DNA of 64,000 nt from Elusimicrobiota bacterium (GTDB lineage: Bacteria; Elusimicrobiota; Elusimicrobia; UBA1565): assembly GCA_043819795.1 (NCBI GenBank), contig JBDREN010000095.1:2047-66046 (forward strand), given 5' to 3'. Each line of letters begins with the position of its first letter. The stretch's first letter is position 1. The notes under the pieces were generated by a model that was not told the DNA's origin, searched no databases, and saw only the letters and a program-made list of their open reading frames with translations. Shown piece by piece: positions 36,847 to 44,931 of this stretch. Made by a program: the position numbers and the translations under genes.

Positions 36847-36891
36847 CCGCATCCCTCCCCCGCGGGGAGGGATGCGCAAGCGGGAGGGGGC
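36847..36891 (+). repeat. REP-like palindromic element, copy 2
   Basis: CCGCATCCCTCCCCCGCGGGGAGGGATGCGCAAGCGGGAGGGGGCC. 42 of 45 nt are identical to copy 1, which lies 75 bp upstream. Confidence 0.8.
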
Positions 36892-36995
36892 CGAACGTCG
36901 AGGCCGTTGAGATGAATGCGCGGGGCGGGATGCCATCGGGCTAAGGCCCCCCACTGCGCTCAGCGGCGGTCAGCGGGGCCGCAGGGGCCCGAAGG

Positions 36996-37241
36996 TCACT
37001 GATGTTCAGTATATCGCGCCAGGCCGAGGTCGCAAGCTCGGCGGAAAACCCGGGTCATCTTCTCGATGATCGTGAAGGCGAGATCGGCGCGGAACCGCAC
37101 CCCATGCGCCCCCTCGCCCCCCTCCTGAACGCAGAGGACCATGGTGGGATGGCCTTCCTTCCGTAAATCTAACCCCACCCAAACCTCCGTCTCGTCAAAG
37201 AAGACCCCTCCACGATCTTGCAGCCCGCCATGCAGCGGCAC
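36996..37241 (-). CDS. hypothetical ORF (81 codons, GTG start) in the low-GC islet
   Basis: Supported only by the ORF track and the local drop in G+C. No recognisable family and no clear SD. Confidence 0.25.
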   Translation of the reverse strand: MPLHGGLQDRGGVFFDETEVWVGLDLRKEGHPTMVLCVQEGGEGAHGVRFRADLAFTIIEKMTRVFRRACDLGLARYTEHQ

Positions 37242-37416
37242 TTATAGGGTAGCCTGGATCTGTTTAATGTGGTATTATTGGCCAAGACAATCCTAAAACT
37301 ATGTAAGCCAGGAATACTAACCAGGCGCTTAGAATTCGGATTGAGCAGCGCGGGAAGGACGGCCGGCCCTCGGTCTAGATCGAGGCACGCTGAAATGGCG
37401 GGGGAGAAGGGGGCAT

Positions 37417-37791
37417 ATGGGGTCTTCTACTGAAAAGAAAGTTAGGTTCTTCCAACTCCGGCTTATCCTCTGTGAAAAAATTGTGCGCTCCCTCCTACCG
37501 ACTAAAGACAGGGCGGCGCTTCGGGAAGCAGCGCGAACTGCGGAGAACGAGCAGGCCCTATCAGACATCGAGCAGGTTCTAAAGGCGAAGCTCCGGCGCT
37601 TTCCATTGAATTGCTCGAATATCCGTGTGAGTGGGAAATGCGACGCGCGGATTATCACCATGGGCCAAAGCGCACATAGCTCGTCCGCGGACGTCCGTCA
37701 CCTGACTGCTTCCGTTCGCAGCCTGGAGGCGCAGTATGAAATCTGCGGGGAATGCCCCGACTTTGCATCAAGGGATCCGTACGGGAACTAG
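37417..37791 (+). CDS. hypothetical protein (124 aa) in the low-GC islet
   Basis: GGAGAAGG-like SD before ATG 37417. No recognisable motif. Composition is atypical for the window. Confidence 0.35.
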   Translation: MGSSTEKKVRFFQLRLILCEKIVRSLLPTKDRAALREAARTAENEQALSDIEQVLKAKLRRFPLNCSNIRVSGKCDARIITMGQSAHSSSADVRHLTASVRSLEAQYEICGECPDFASRDPYGN

Positions 37792-37911
37792 CCCGTGACG
37801 CCCTCGGTCTGGATCGCGCCGCTTAACGGAGGAGGAGTGGCATGAACCCGTCGGAGGAGAACCATCGGCGGCTGGAGGCGTATAGAGCACTGATCCTCAA
37901 GGGCACGGCGT

Positions 37912-38009
37912 CAGGCTGCAACTTATGAAACTTATTTAACTTTCGAAAACCGTTCACACAAGTCTCCATCTCAAGAATAAGTTCCAAAAGTTGCATAAGT
38001 TGAAGCCTG
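37912..38009. repeat. imperfect 23-nt inverted repeat flanking a 52-nt AT-rich spacer
   Basis: Left arm CAGGCTGCAACTTATGAAACTTA (37912-37934). Reverse complement of the right arm CAGGCTTCAACTTATGCAACTTT (37987-38009). 20 of 23 positions match. Confidence 0.6.
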
Positions 38010-38030
38010 ACACCGGGAGGGTCCATCCCG

Positions 38031-38060
38031 ACAAGAAAGGCCCCGGCGATCGCCGGGGCC
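38031..38060 (-). terminator. intrinsic terminator after tRNA-Leu
   Basis: The minus strand reads GGCCCCGGCGATCGCCGGGGCC (a 22-nt perfect palindrome) followed by TTTCTTGT. Confidence 0.65.
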
Positions 38061-38071
38061 ATTGATATATA

Positions 38072-38153
38072 TGCGCGGGGAGGGATTTGAACCCTCACAT
38101 CTCTCGATACACGCCCCTCAAGCGTGCGCGTCTGCCATTTCCGCCACCCGCGC
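38072..38153 (-). tRNA. leuU: tRNA-Leu (anticodon GAG)
   Basis: The 82-nt minus-strand sequence GCGCGGGTGGCGGAAATGGCAGACGCGCACGCTTGAGGGGCGTGTATCGAGAGATGTGAGGGTTCAAATCCCTCCCCGCGCA folds by eye. Acceptor GCGCGGG/CCCGCGC, anticodon stem CACGC/GCGTG with loop TTGAGGG, a long variable arm, T-arm GAGGG-TTCAAAT-CCCTC. CCA is not encoded. Confidence 0.9.
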
Positions 38154-38172
38154 GGAAAGAGTGCTGCGACTA

Positions 38173-38583
38173 CTACCCGCCTGCCGGCGCCGGCGCCGCA
38201 GGCGGAGCCTTGGCCGGAGCCTGACCCGGGCCCGCGGGCGAACCCGCGGGGGGCGCCATGGGCGGGCCCTTGGGCGGCACTTGGCCCGGCACGACCGGAG
38301 CGCTTTGGCCGGGCGGAGCCGGAACCTCGGCCTGCGCCTGGGTGACGCTCTTCATGCCGATGCGGCTCGATAGCAGCGTGAGCATCAAAGACGTCACCGC
38401 GAACGTCCCGGCCAGGATCGTCGTCGCCTGCTTCAGGAACGATGACCCCGAAGGGGACGCGAACAGGGCGTCGCCGCCTCCGCCGAAGATGGCGAAACCG
38501 GCGCCCCGCCCCGCCTGGAGCAGGACCACCAGGATCAGGGCCACGCAGGCGAATATATGGATCGTCAGCAGAAAAGTATACAC
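38173..38583 (-). CDS. secG: preprotein translocase subunit SecG with Pro/Ala-rich C-terminal extension
   Basis: Reads MYTFLLTIHIFACVALILVVLLQAGRGAGFAIFGGGGDALFA...TTILAGTFAVTSLMLTLL, the typical SecG two-TM core. Confidence 0.85.
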   Translation of the reverse strand: MYTFLLTIHIFACVALILVVLLQAGRGAGFAIFGGGGDALFASPSGSSFLKQATTILAGTFAVTSLMLTLLSSRIGMKSVTQAQAEVPAPPGQSAPVVPGQVPPKGPPMAPPAGSPAGPGQAPAKAPPAAPAPAGG

Positions 38584-38603
38584 GGTGATGGATTATACCA
38601 CAT

Positions 38604-39809
38604 TCAAGCCGACAGAGCGGAGAGCCCCGGCAGTACCCTCCCCTCGAGAAGCTCGAGGCTCGCTCCCCCCCCCGTCGAGCAATGGCTCATCCGGTCGGCC
38701 AGCCCCTTCGCGGAGACCACGGCGAGGCTGTCGCCCCCGCCCACGATGGTGAGCGCCCCGCCGGCCGTGGCTTCCGCCATGGCCTCGGCGACGGCGAAGC
38801 TCCCCTTGGCGAAGGGCGCCATCTCGAAGACGCCCATCGGGCCGTTCCAGAAGACGGTCTGCGCCCCCGAGATCCGCTCCTTGAAGAGCTCGATCGTCCG
38901 CGGGCCGATGTCCACCCCGATGCCGTCCCCGGGGATCGCCATCGTCTCGGTGAGCGCCGTCTCGGCGTCCTCGCGGACCTCGCCCGCCGTCAGGTGGTCC
39001 GCGGGAAGCAGGACCTCCACTCCGCGCCTCTGGGCCGTCTCGAGCACCGAGCGCGCGTCCTCGACCCGCTCCTCTTCCAGCAGCGACCTGCCGATCGCGA
39101 TCCCCTGCGCGTGCAGGAAGGTGTAGGCCATCCCGCCGCCGATCAAGACGGCGTCGACGCGATCGAGCAGGCGGAGCACGACCTTCAGCTTGTCGGACAC
39201 CTTGGCCCCGCCCAGAATGGCGATGAACGGCCGCTTCGGCTCGCTGAGCGCCCCCTCGAGGAACTCGAGTTCCTTCTGCACCAGCAGCCCGATGCCGCCG
39301 GACAGATGCTTGGGGATCCCGGCCGTCGACGCGTGCGCGCGGTGAAGGGCCCCGAAAGCGTCTTGGATGAAGACCTCCCCGTGCTTCGCGAGCCGCTCGG
39401 AGAAAGCGGGGTCGTTGGACTCCTCCTCCGCGTGGAAGCGCAGGTTCTCCAGGAGCGCCACCTCTCCCGGCTTGAGCGCCGAGACGGCCGCGTCGGCCGC
39501 GTCGCCCACGCAGTCCTCGGCGAAGCGGACCGGAGCCCCGAGCAGACCCCCGAGCTCGCCGGCGACCGGGCGAAGGCTGTATTTCGGCGCGGGCTTCCCC
39601 TTGGGCCGGCCAAGGTGAGATATGAGCACCAGACGCGCGCCGGCCCCGATGAGGTGCTTCAGGGTCGGAAGCGTCCTGCGGATCCGGGTCGCGTCGGCGA
39701 CGACGTCTCCCTGCAACGGGACGTTGTAGTCCACCCGCACGAGGACCCTCTTGTCCTTCACGTCGAGGTCCTGCATCCGTTTGAGATTCATGCCCATGAT
39801 CCCTCGCAT
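38604..39809 (-). CDS. pgk: phosphoglycerate kinase
   Basis: Reads KDKRVLVRVDYNVPL, LISHLGRPKG, GGAKVSDK, STGGGASLE. The start may be ATG 39791. Confidence 0.9.
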   Translation of the reverse strand: MRGIMGMNLKRMQDLDVKDKRVLVRVDYNVPLQGDVVADATRIRRTLPTLKHLIGAGARLVLISHLGRPKGKPAPKYSLRPVAGELGGLLGAPVRFAEDCVGDAADAAVSALKPGEVALLENLRFHAEEESNDPAFSERLAKHGEVFIQDAFGALHRAHASTAGIPKHLSGGIGLLVQKELEFLEGALSEPKRPFIAILGGAKVSDKLKVVLRLLDRVDAVLIGGGMAYTFLHAQGIAIGRSLLEEERVEDARSVLETAQRRGVEVLLPADHLTAGEVREDAETALTETMAIPGDGIGVDIGPRTIELFKERISGAQTVFWNGPMGVFEMAPFAKGSFAVAEAMAEATAGGALTIVGGGDSLAVVSAKGLADRMSHCSTGGGASLELLEGRVLPGLSALSA

Positions 39810-39866
39810 GTCGGGCGCCGCGCGACCGACGTCAAAGACCGTTAGGGTCGAGCAGCGGCGGGCGCG

Positions 39867-40886
39867 CTAGGCCTTGACGGCGACCTTCTTGGCGATGTAC
39901 GCGACGAGGTCGACCACGCGCTTCGAGTAGCCCCATTCGTTGTCGTACCAGCCGAAGATCTTCACGAGGTTCTGGCCCATGACGTCCGTGAGCGTCGAAT
40001 CGAACACGCAGGACGCGGGATGGCCCATGAAGTCCCTGGATACCAGGGGCAGGTCCGAGTAGGTCAGGTAGGGGCTGAGCCGGGGGCCCGCGGCGGCTTT
40101 CTTGAACACCGCGTTGATCGCATCCTTGGTCGCGGGTTTCTCGACGATGGCCGCCAGGTCCACAAGCGAGACGTCCTGGGTCGGGACGCGGACCGCGAAG
40201 CCCGAGAGCTTGCCCTTCATCTCCGGCATAACGAGCCCGATCGCCTTGGCCGCCCCGGTCGAGCTCGGGATCAGGTTGATGGCCGCCGCGCGGGCGCGGC
40301 GCAGATCCTTGTGCGCGAAGTCGAGGATGACCTGGTCGTTGGTGTAGGAGTGGATGGTCGTCATGAGGCCCGACTGGACGGTGAAGTTCTCGTGCAGCAC
40401 CTTGATCATGGGAGCCAGGCAGTTCGTCGTGCACGAGGCGTTGGAGATGATGTGGTGCTTCTCGGGATCGTACTTGTCCTCATTGATGCCCATGCAGAGG
40501 GTGATGTCCTCGCCCTTGGCCGGCGCCGTGATGATGACCTTCTTCGCGCCGGCGCCGATGTGGGCGCCGGCCTTGTCGGCCTCGCGGAAGCGCCCGGTGG
40601 CCTCGATCACGACGTCCACGCCGAGCTCGCCCCAAGGCAGCTTGGCGGGATCGCGCTCCGCTATCACCTTGACGGTCTTGCCGTCGATCTTGAGCTCCGA
40701 GCCCGAAGCCTCGACCGAGCCGGGATAGACGCCGAAGGTGGAGTCGTACTTGAACAGATGCGCGAGAGAGTCCGCCTGGAACAGGTCGTTGACCGCCACG
40801 AACTCGATATCGGGATTGTCGATACCCGCGCGCATCACCAGCCGTCCGATCCGGCCGAAGCCGTTGATCCCTACCTTAATACCCAT
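39867..40886 (-). CDS. gap: glyceraldehyde-3-phosphate dehydrogenase
   Basis: Trimmed to ATG 40886 ([15 protein letters not shown]), with a GGAGG SD 8 nt upstream. Active site [12 protein letters not shown]. Confidence 0.9.
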   Translation of the reverse strand: MGIKVGINGFGRIGRLVMRAGIDNPDIEFVAVNDLFQADSLAHLFKYDSTFGVYPGSVEASGSELKIDGKTVKVIAERDPAKLPWGELGVDVVIEATGRFREADKAGAHIGAGAKKVIITAPAKGEDITLCMGINEDKYDPEKHHIISNASCTTNCLAPMIKVLHENFTVQSGLMTTIHSYTNDQVILDFAHKDLRRARAAAINLIPSSTGAAKAIGLVMPEMKGKLSGFAVRVPTQDVSLVDLAAIVEKPATKDAINAVFKKAAAGPRLSPYLTYSDLPLVSRDFMGHPASCVFDSTLTDVMGQNLVKIFGWYDNEWGYSKRVVDLVAYIAKKVAVKA

Positions 40887-40939
40887 ACAGAAAGCCTCCA
40901 TTGCGGCTGAGAAAGTCCCCCGGAGGGGGTTGGCCTATT

Positions 40940-42010
40940 CTAGCGGTTTACGAGCACGATTTCCACCCGCTGGTCGGTGTAGGCGACGCGGGTGGCGTCG
41001 GCCGCGATGTCCTGGGCGAGGAGCATCAGCTCCCTCATCAGCTCGGTCTCGATGAGCTTCCCCTGCGCCTCTGCCAGGCTCGTCGAGGAGGCATAGGTCT
41101 CGACACGGATCGGAATGCCCGCGTAGCGGCGCTTGACGAGGTCGGCCGCGGACCGGATGATGTCCTTGCCCTCCCCCTGGAGCGTCCGCGCGTCCTTGTT
41201 GGCGCCGAAGAGGGCCGAGGAGTCCAGGCTGATGTGCAGCCCGTCGCGCTCCTGGTGGACGATGCCTTGGAAGCGCAGCGGCTTGCCCACGCGCGTGTAG
41301 GGCGTGCCGCCCGGGTCCGTGAACATGAAGACCGGCGAGTAGGCGCGGCCGGCGCGCATCCAGTCCCCCTGGTCGTTCTGCCCGTCCCACACGAGCTCCT
41401 CGGGTGGCTGGCTCGAGCCCTCGTAGTGCTGAAAGACCTTGCCCTCCTCGTCGGCGAACGTCAGGCTCCACTGATAGCCCTTGGCCTCCTTCTTATCGAT
41501 CTTCCGCTGGAGGACCTCGGCGAGCCGGTCGCGCGGCCTGAAGACGATCCCGGGCCGCTCTTTGAAGGAGGTCCGCCACGGCTGGATGACCCGGTCGTTG
41601 AGGAGGAACTCCGGATGGGTGCGCCGCCAAACGACCGTGAGAGGGGACTCCGCCAGAAGCAGCACCTGGTCCGGTTTGAGCGATTCCCGGATGGAATGGA
41701 AGGGGTCCACCTCGATCAGGAGAGGAGGCTTGTTGACCTTGAGCTTGCCGGCGCCGGTCCCCTTGATCACCACCTCGGTCGGCAGGGATCCCTCGGTAGT
41801 GGACCCGGCGGCGGGCGCCTCCTCGGCCATCCGCGAGGGAAAGGAAAGTTCGCCCCCCTCGAGGCCGGGCAGGGGCCGCCGCTCAGCCTCCTTCTGCTCC
41901 TCTTTCTTCTTGCCCAGCCCCAAGAATGAGAAAGCCGCCGGGGGAAAGCACCAGGCCCCCGCCAGCGATCCAACGAAGCCGATAAGCACGAGCCTTCTCG
42001 ATATGATCAT
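40940..42010 (-). CDS. hypothetical exported protein (last gene of the Exb/TonB-like cluster)
   Basis: 356-aa ORF with N-terminal signal/TM segment MIISRRLVLIGFVGSLAGAWC. The C-terminal ~90 aa resemble an OmpA/MotB-like fold only weakly. Confidence 0.6.
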   Translation of the reverse strand: MIISRRLVLIGFVGSLAGAWCFPPAAFSFLGLGKKKEEQKEAERRPLPGLEGGELSFPSRMAEEAPAAGSTTEGSLPTEVVIKGTGAGKLKVNKPPLLIEVDPFHSIRESLKPDQVLLLAESPLTVVWRRTHPEFLLNDRVIQPWRTSFKERPGIVFRPRDRLAEVLQRKIDKKEAKGYQWSLTFADEEGKVFQHYEGSSQPPEELVWDGQNDQGDWMRAGRAYSPVFMFTDPGGTPYTRVGKPLRFQGIVHQERDGLHISLDSSALFGANKDARTLQGEGKDIIRSAADLVKRRYAGIPIRVETYASSTSLAEAQGKLIETELMRELMLLAQDIAADATRVAYTDQRVEIVLVNR

Positions 42011-42049
42011 GAACGATTCACTCCTGCGAGCTTCTTGCTTGACCGGAGC

Positions 42050-43156
42050 CTACTCCAGAACGAAGCGGAACGTGATGATCCCCCACTCCTTGCGCCCTCC
42101 GAACGGCAAGGCCTCGAAACGCCACTTCTTGAGATGCTCCATCGCGAGCCGGTCCAGCCGCCCGTACCCCGAGGTCCGCTCCACCTGCATCTCCGACTCG
42201 ATCACCTGGCCGGTCGGAGCGACATAGAACTTGATCACCACCTCGGCCTCGATGATGCCCTGATCCCGCGCCCATGCCGGGAACTCCGGGAGGCTGTGGG
42301 CGACCACCTTCCGGTTGGAGAGCGGCCCCTCGATCTCCACGGCCTTCTTCTTGATCTGGCGCAGCTTCGCCCGGGTCTCGCGCGGCGGCAGTTTCGCGGT
42401 CGCCACCGGCGCGCGCTTCTCGAGCCGCTTGGGCCGCGCCGCCTCGGGCTCGAGCTTCAGGGCCGGCGCCTTCTTCGCCAGCATGTCGGCGACCTGCTCG
42501 AAGCTGGGACGGCCCTTCGGCCCCCCCTGCTCGGCCAATAGCGGCGCCGCCAGCTGCGGAGCATTCCGGCTCGAGATATCCTTTGAGACCGCGCCCAGTC
42601 CCCGGCCCCGCAGGCGCTCGGGCCGCTCCTCGGCCAGCGCGGCCATCTGGATGACTTTCCTCGACGCCTTGCGCGTGCCTATCTCCGCGAGCTTCGGGAG
42701 AGCCCCCAGCGCCTTCGTCTCCCGGTCCACCAGGGGCTGCGCCACCTTCGCCAGCTTCACGCGCTCGCGGCTGAGGTCCAGCGCGTTCATCTTCGACGCG
42801 TCCTTGAGCCGCCCCCGGTCCTTGAGCTCGGGCTGGGGGATGTTCATGAGGCTCTTCTTGATCTCCGGGGCCTTCACCTGAAGCGGGCCGCCCACGCGGA
42901 CCTTCGGCATCTTGGGAAGCGCCATCTTGAGGAAGTCCTTCATCGACGGCGGCTCAGGCTGCGCCCGCATCGCCGCGCGCCTCTGCGCCCTCTGCTCGAT
43001 GAGCAGCTCCACGTCGGTGATCACCTCGACCTTCTCGCCCGCCTTCTTCCCCGAGTGATACAAAAAGCCCCCCATCCCCGCCACGTGCAGGACGATCGAG
43101 ACGGCGATCGCCCCCGGGACCCGAGCCTCGGCGCTGATTCCCCGTATCCCAACCAT
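42050..43156 (-). CDS. TonB/TolA-like energy transducer
   Basis: N-terminal TM segment AIAVSIVLHVAGMGGFLY, a Lys/Pro/Ala-rich linker, and a TonB C-terminal domain (PEFPAWARDQGIIEAEVVIKFYVAPTGQV...LKKWRFEA). Confidence 0.75.
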   Translation of the reverse strand: MVGIRGISAEARVPGAIAVSIVLHVAGMGGFLYHSGKKAGEKVEVITDVELLIEQRAQRRAAMRAQPEPPSMKDFLKMALPKMPKVRVGGPLQVKAPEIKKSLMNIPQPELKDRGRLKDASKMNALDLSRERVKLAKVAQPLVDRETKALGALPKLAEIGTRKASRKVIQMAALAEERPERLRGRGLGAVSKDISSRNAPQLAAPLLAEQGGPKGRPSFEQVADMLAKKAPALKLEPEAARPKRLEKRAPVATAKLPPRETRAKLRQIKKKAVEIEGPLSNRKVVAHSLPEFPAWARDQGIIEAEVVIKFYVAPTGQVIESEMQVERTSGYGRLDRLAMEHLKKWRFEALPFGGRKEWGIITFRFVLE

Positions 43157-43277
43157 AGGCTACACCGGTAAGACACCGAAAAACAGGATCGGTTCCGTCA
43201 GCGGTCCCCCCACGGGGGGCCGCTCAGATCCGGGGGGCAAACCCCTCTGCATCCGCAGTCCTCCCCCTCTTAGCTCA

Positions 43278-43304
43278 GCATCCCTCCCCGCGGGGGAGGG
43301 ATGC
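43278..43304 (-). repeat. REP-like palindromic element, copy 3 (inverted orientation)
   Basis: GCATCCCTCCCCGCGGGGGAGGGATGC. Its reverse complement is identical to the core of copy 2. It starts 1 nt after the exbD stop (43306-43308) in transcript orientation. Confidence 0.8.
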
Positions 43305-43305
43305 T

Positions 43306-43725
43306 TCACTTAGCCTGCTCCGTCATGATCGTCAACGAGCGCGCGCCGGCCGCCTTGGCCCGGGCCATCAGGTCGGTCAGCCGCCCGTGGGTGGCGTCCC
43401 GGTCGGCGCGGATCACGACCAGCCCCGACTCCGTCAGAGCGACCGCGTACCGCAAGGCTTTCGACATCTCCTCGGCGGTCTTGAACTCGCGCGAATCGAT
43501 GGCCATGCGGCCTTCCGCCGAAAGCGAGATCGTGACCTTGTCCTGCTCGTTGCCCTCTTTCGTCCTCGCCGCGGGAAGATCGACGTCGAAGAGCGGCTGA
43601 CTCAAGAGCGGCGTCGCCACCATGAAGATGATCACGAGCACGAGGCAGACGTCCACCAGCGGGGTCACGTTGATGCCGGTGACCGCGTCGTCCTCGAGCT
43701 GATATCGCGGCGTCCGCCTGCTCAT
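43306..43725 (-). CDS. exbD: ExbD/TolR family protein
   Basis: 139 aa with INVTPLVDVCLVLVIIFMV and the periplasmic ExbD fold. ATGA overlap with the upstream exbD paralogue. Confidence 0.85.
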   Translation of the reverse strand: MSRRTPRYQLEDDAVTGINVTPLVDVCLVLVIIFMVATPLLSQPLFDVDLPAARTKEGNEQDKVTISLSAEGRMAIDSREFKTAEEMSKALRYAVALTESGLVVIRADRDATHGRLTDLMARAKAAGARSLTIMTEQAK

Positions 43726-44168
43726 CCCTTCCCCCCCGCCTGCCCCCGCTCGGGCGCCTCCACCGTGCGCATGATGGCGATCTTCTTCGCCCCGGCCTGC
43801 TTCGCGGTGTCCAGGACCCGCACCACCTCTCCCACGCGGTTATCGTCGTCCGCCGTCAAGATCGCCATCTTATCCTTGCTCCCCGCGAGGGCCTCGGCGA
43901 TCGCGCGCCAGAGCGTCTTGAAGTCGGCCGCCTTGCCGTTGACCGAAAGCTTGCCGTCGCGCTTCAGGCGGATCGTGACGTTGTCGCCCGCGGAGACCTT
44001 TCCGACGGAGGCCTTTGCATTGGACTCGAGGACCTTGATCCCGGCCTGCATGGCGAAGGGCGCGATCGCCATGAAGATGATGACCAGCACGAGGCTGACG
44101 TCCACCAGCGGCGTCACGTTGATCGCCGTGATCGGATCGTCTTCGCCTTGTTGTTGGGCTCCGGCCAT
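43722..44168 (-). CDS. exbD: ExbD/TolR family protein (paralogue)
   Basis: 148 aa with INVTPLVDVSLVLVIIFMA. Confidence 0.85.
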   Translation of the reverse strand: MAGAQQQGEDDPITAINVTPLVDVSLVLVIIFMAIAPFAMQAGIKVLESNAKASVGKVSAGDNVTIRLKRDGKLSVNGKAADFKTLWRAIAEALAGSKDKMAILTADDDNRVGEVVRVLDTAKQAGAKKIAIMRTVEAPERGQAGGKG

Positions 44169-44303
44169 GTGTCCCTCACGCGGACCGCCTGCGGTCCGCG
44201 TGAGCCTTCCTTGTCTTTATCAGGGATCTCGCCCGCCTCCGGCGGGCGGCCCCTTTATAACCCAGCGGTATAAGCGACCGGTTGGCGCTTCGCGCAACCG
44301 CCG

Positions 44304-44918
44304 CTATTTCGCGTCCAGCATGACCATCAGCCTCGAGGAGACGATCTCCATCTCGACCGACTGGTCCTTCACCTTGCGCATGAAGTAGTTGTAGACGATC
44401 ACCGCCGGGATCGCCACGACGAGCCCGCCGGCCGTAGCCACGAGGGCTTCGGCGATGCCTTTAGCCACCACCGCCGGCCCGCCGGAGCCCGCGAGCGCCA
44501 GGTCCCGGAAGGCCTTGATGATGCCCACGACCGTCCCGAAGAGCCCGATGAAAGGCGCCGTGTTCCCCATCGTCCCCAGGACCACGAGGTACTTCTCCAG
44601 CTTCAGCCGTTCCTCGAGCCGCTTGCTGGCGAGAAGCTCCTCGATCTGGCCGCGCGGCCGGTCGCGGTGGATCAGCCCGTAGTGGACGACCTGCGATATC
44701 GGGGCGGGGTTCTTCCGGCAGTTCGCGACCGCCTGCTCCGCCTTGCCGGCCCCGAGCAGCTTCCCCACGTCGAGGAGCAGCTTGTTCCCGTCAACGCGCG
44801 CCTTGTGGAAGAACCACCATCGCTCGATCGTGAAAGCCACCGAGATGATCGAGCAGAAGAACAGGATGATGAGCGTGAAGCTCTCCTTGAATATCTCCAG
44901 AAATCCTATCTCTGCCAT
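44304..44918 (-). CDS. exbB: MotA/TolQ/ExbB proton-channel protein
   Basis: 204 aa with three TM segments and GTMGNTAPFIGLFGTVVGIIKAF. Confidence 0.85.
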   Translation of the reverse strand: MAEIGFLEIFKESFTLIILFFCSIISVAFTIERWWFFHKARVDGNKLLLDVGKLLGAGKAEQAVANCRKNPAPISQVVHYGLIHRDRPRGQIEELLASKRLEERLKLEKYLVVLGTMGNTAPFIGLFGTVVGIIKAFRDLALAGSGGPAVVAKGIAEALVATAGGLVVAIPAVIVYNYFMRKVKDQSVEMEIVSSRLMVMLDAK

Positions 44919-44931
44919 AGCGCTCCTTCTC

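Noticed and set aside
36733-36954. 73-aa ORF with repeated LRIPPRGGGMR peptide; also considered a mini CRISPR array
   Set aside because: The peptide repeat is the REP-like palindrome translated. There are only two tandem copies, the repeat is itself a perfect hairpin with extended flanks, there are no cas genes, and a third copy sits alone at 43278. It is neither a CRISPR array nor a gene.
37912-38009. Integron attC site
   Set aside because: The arm sequences do not fit the RYYYAAC / GTTRRRY core sites, and no intI gene or cassette array is present.
37823-38098. 91-aa minus-strand ORF
   Set aside because: It overlaps the tRNA-Leu gene and its terminator, and it has no coding signal.
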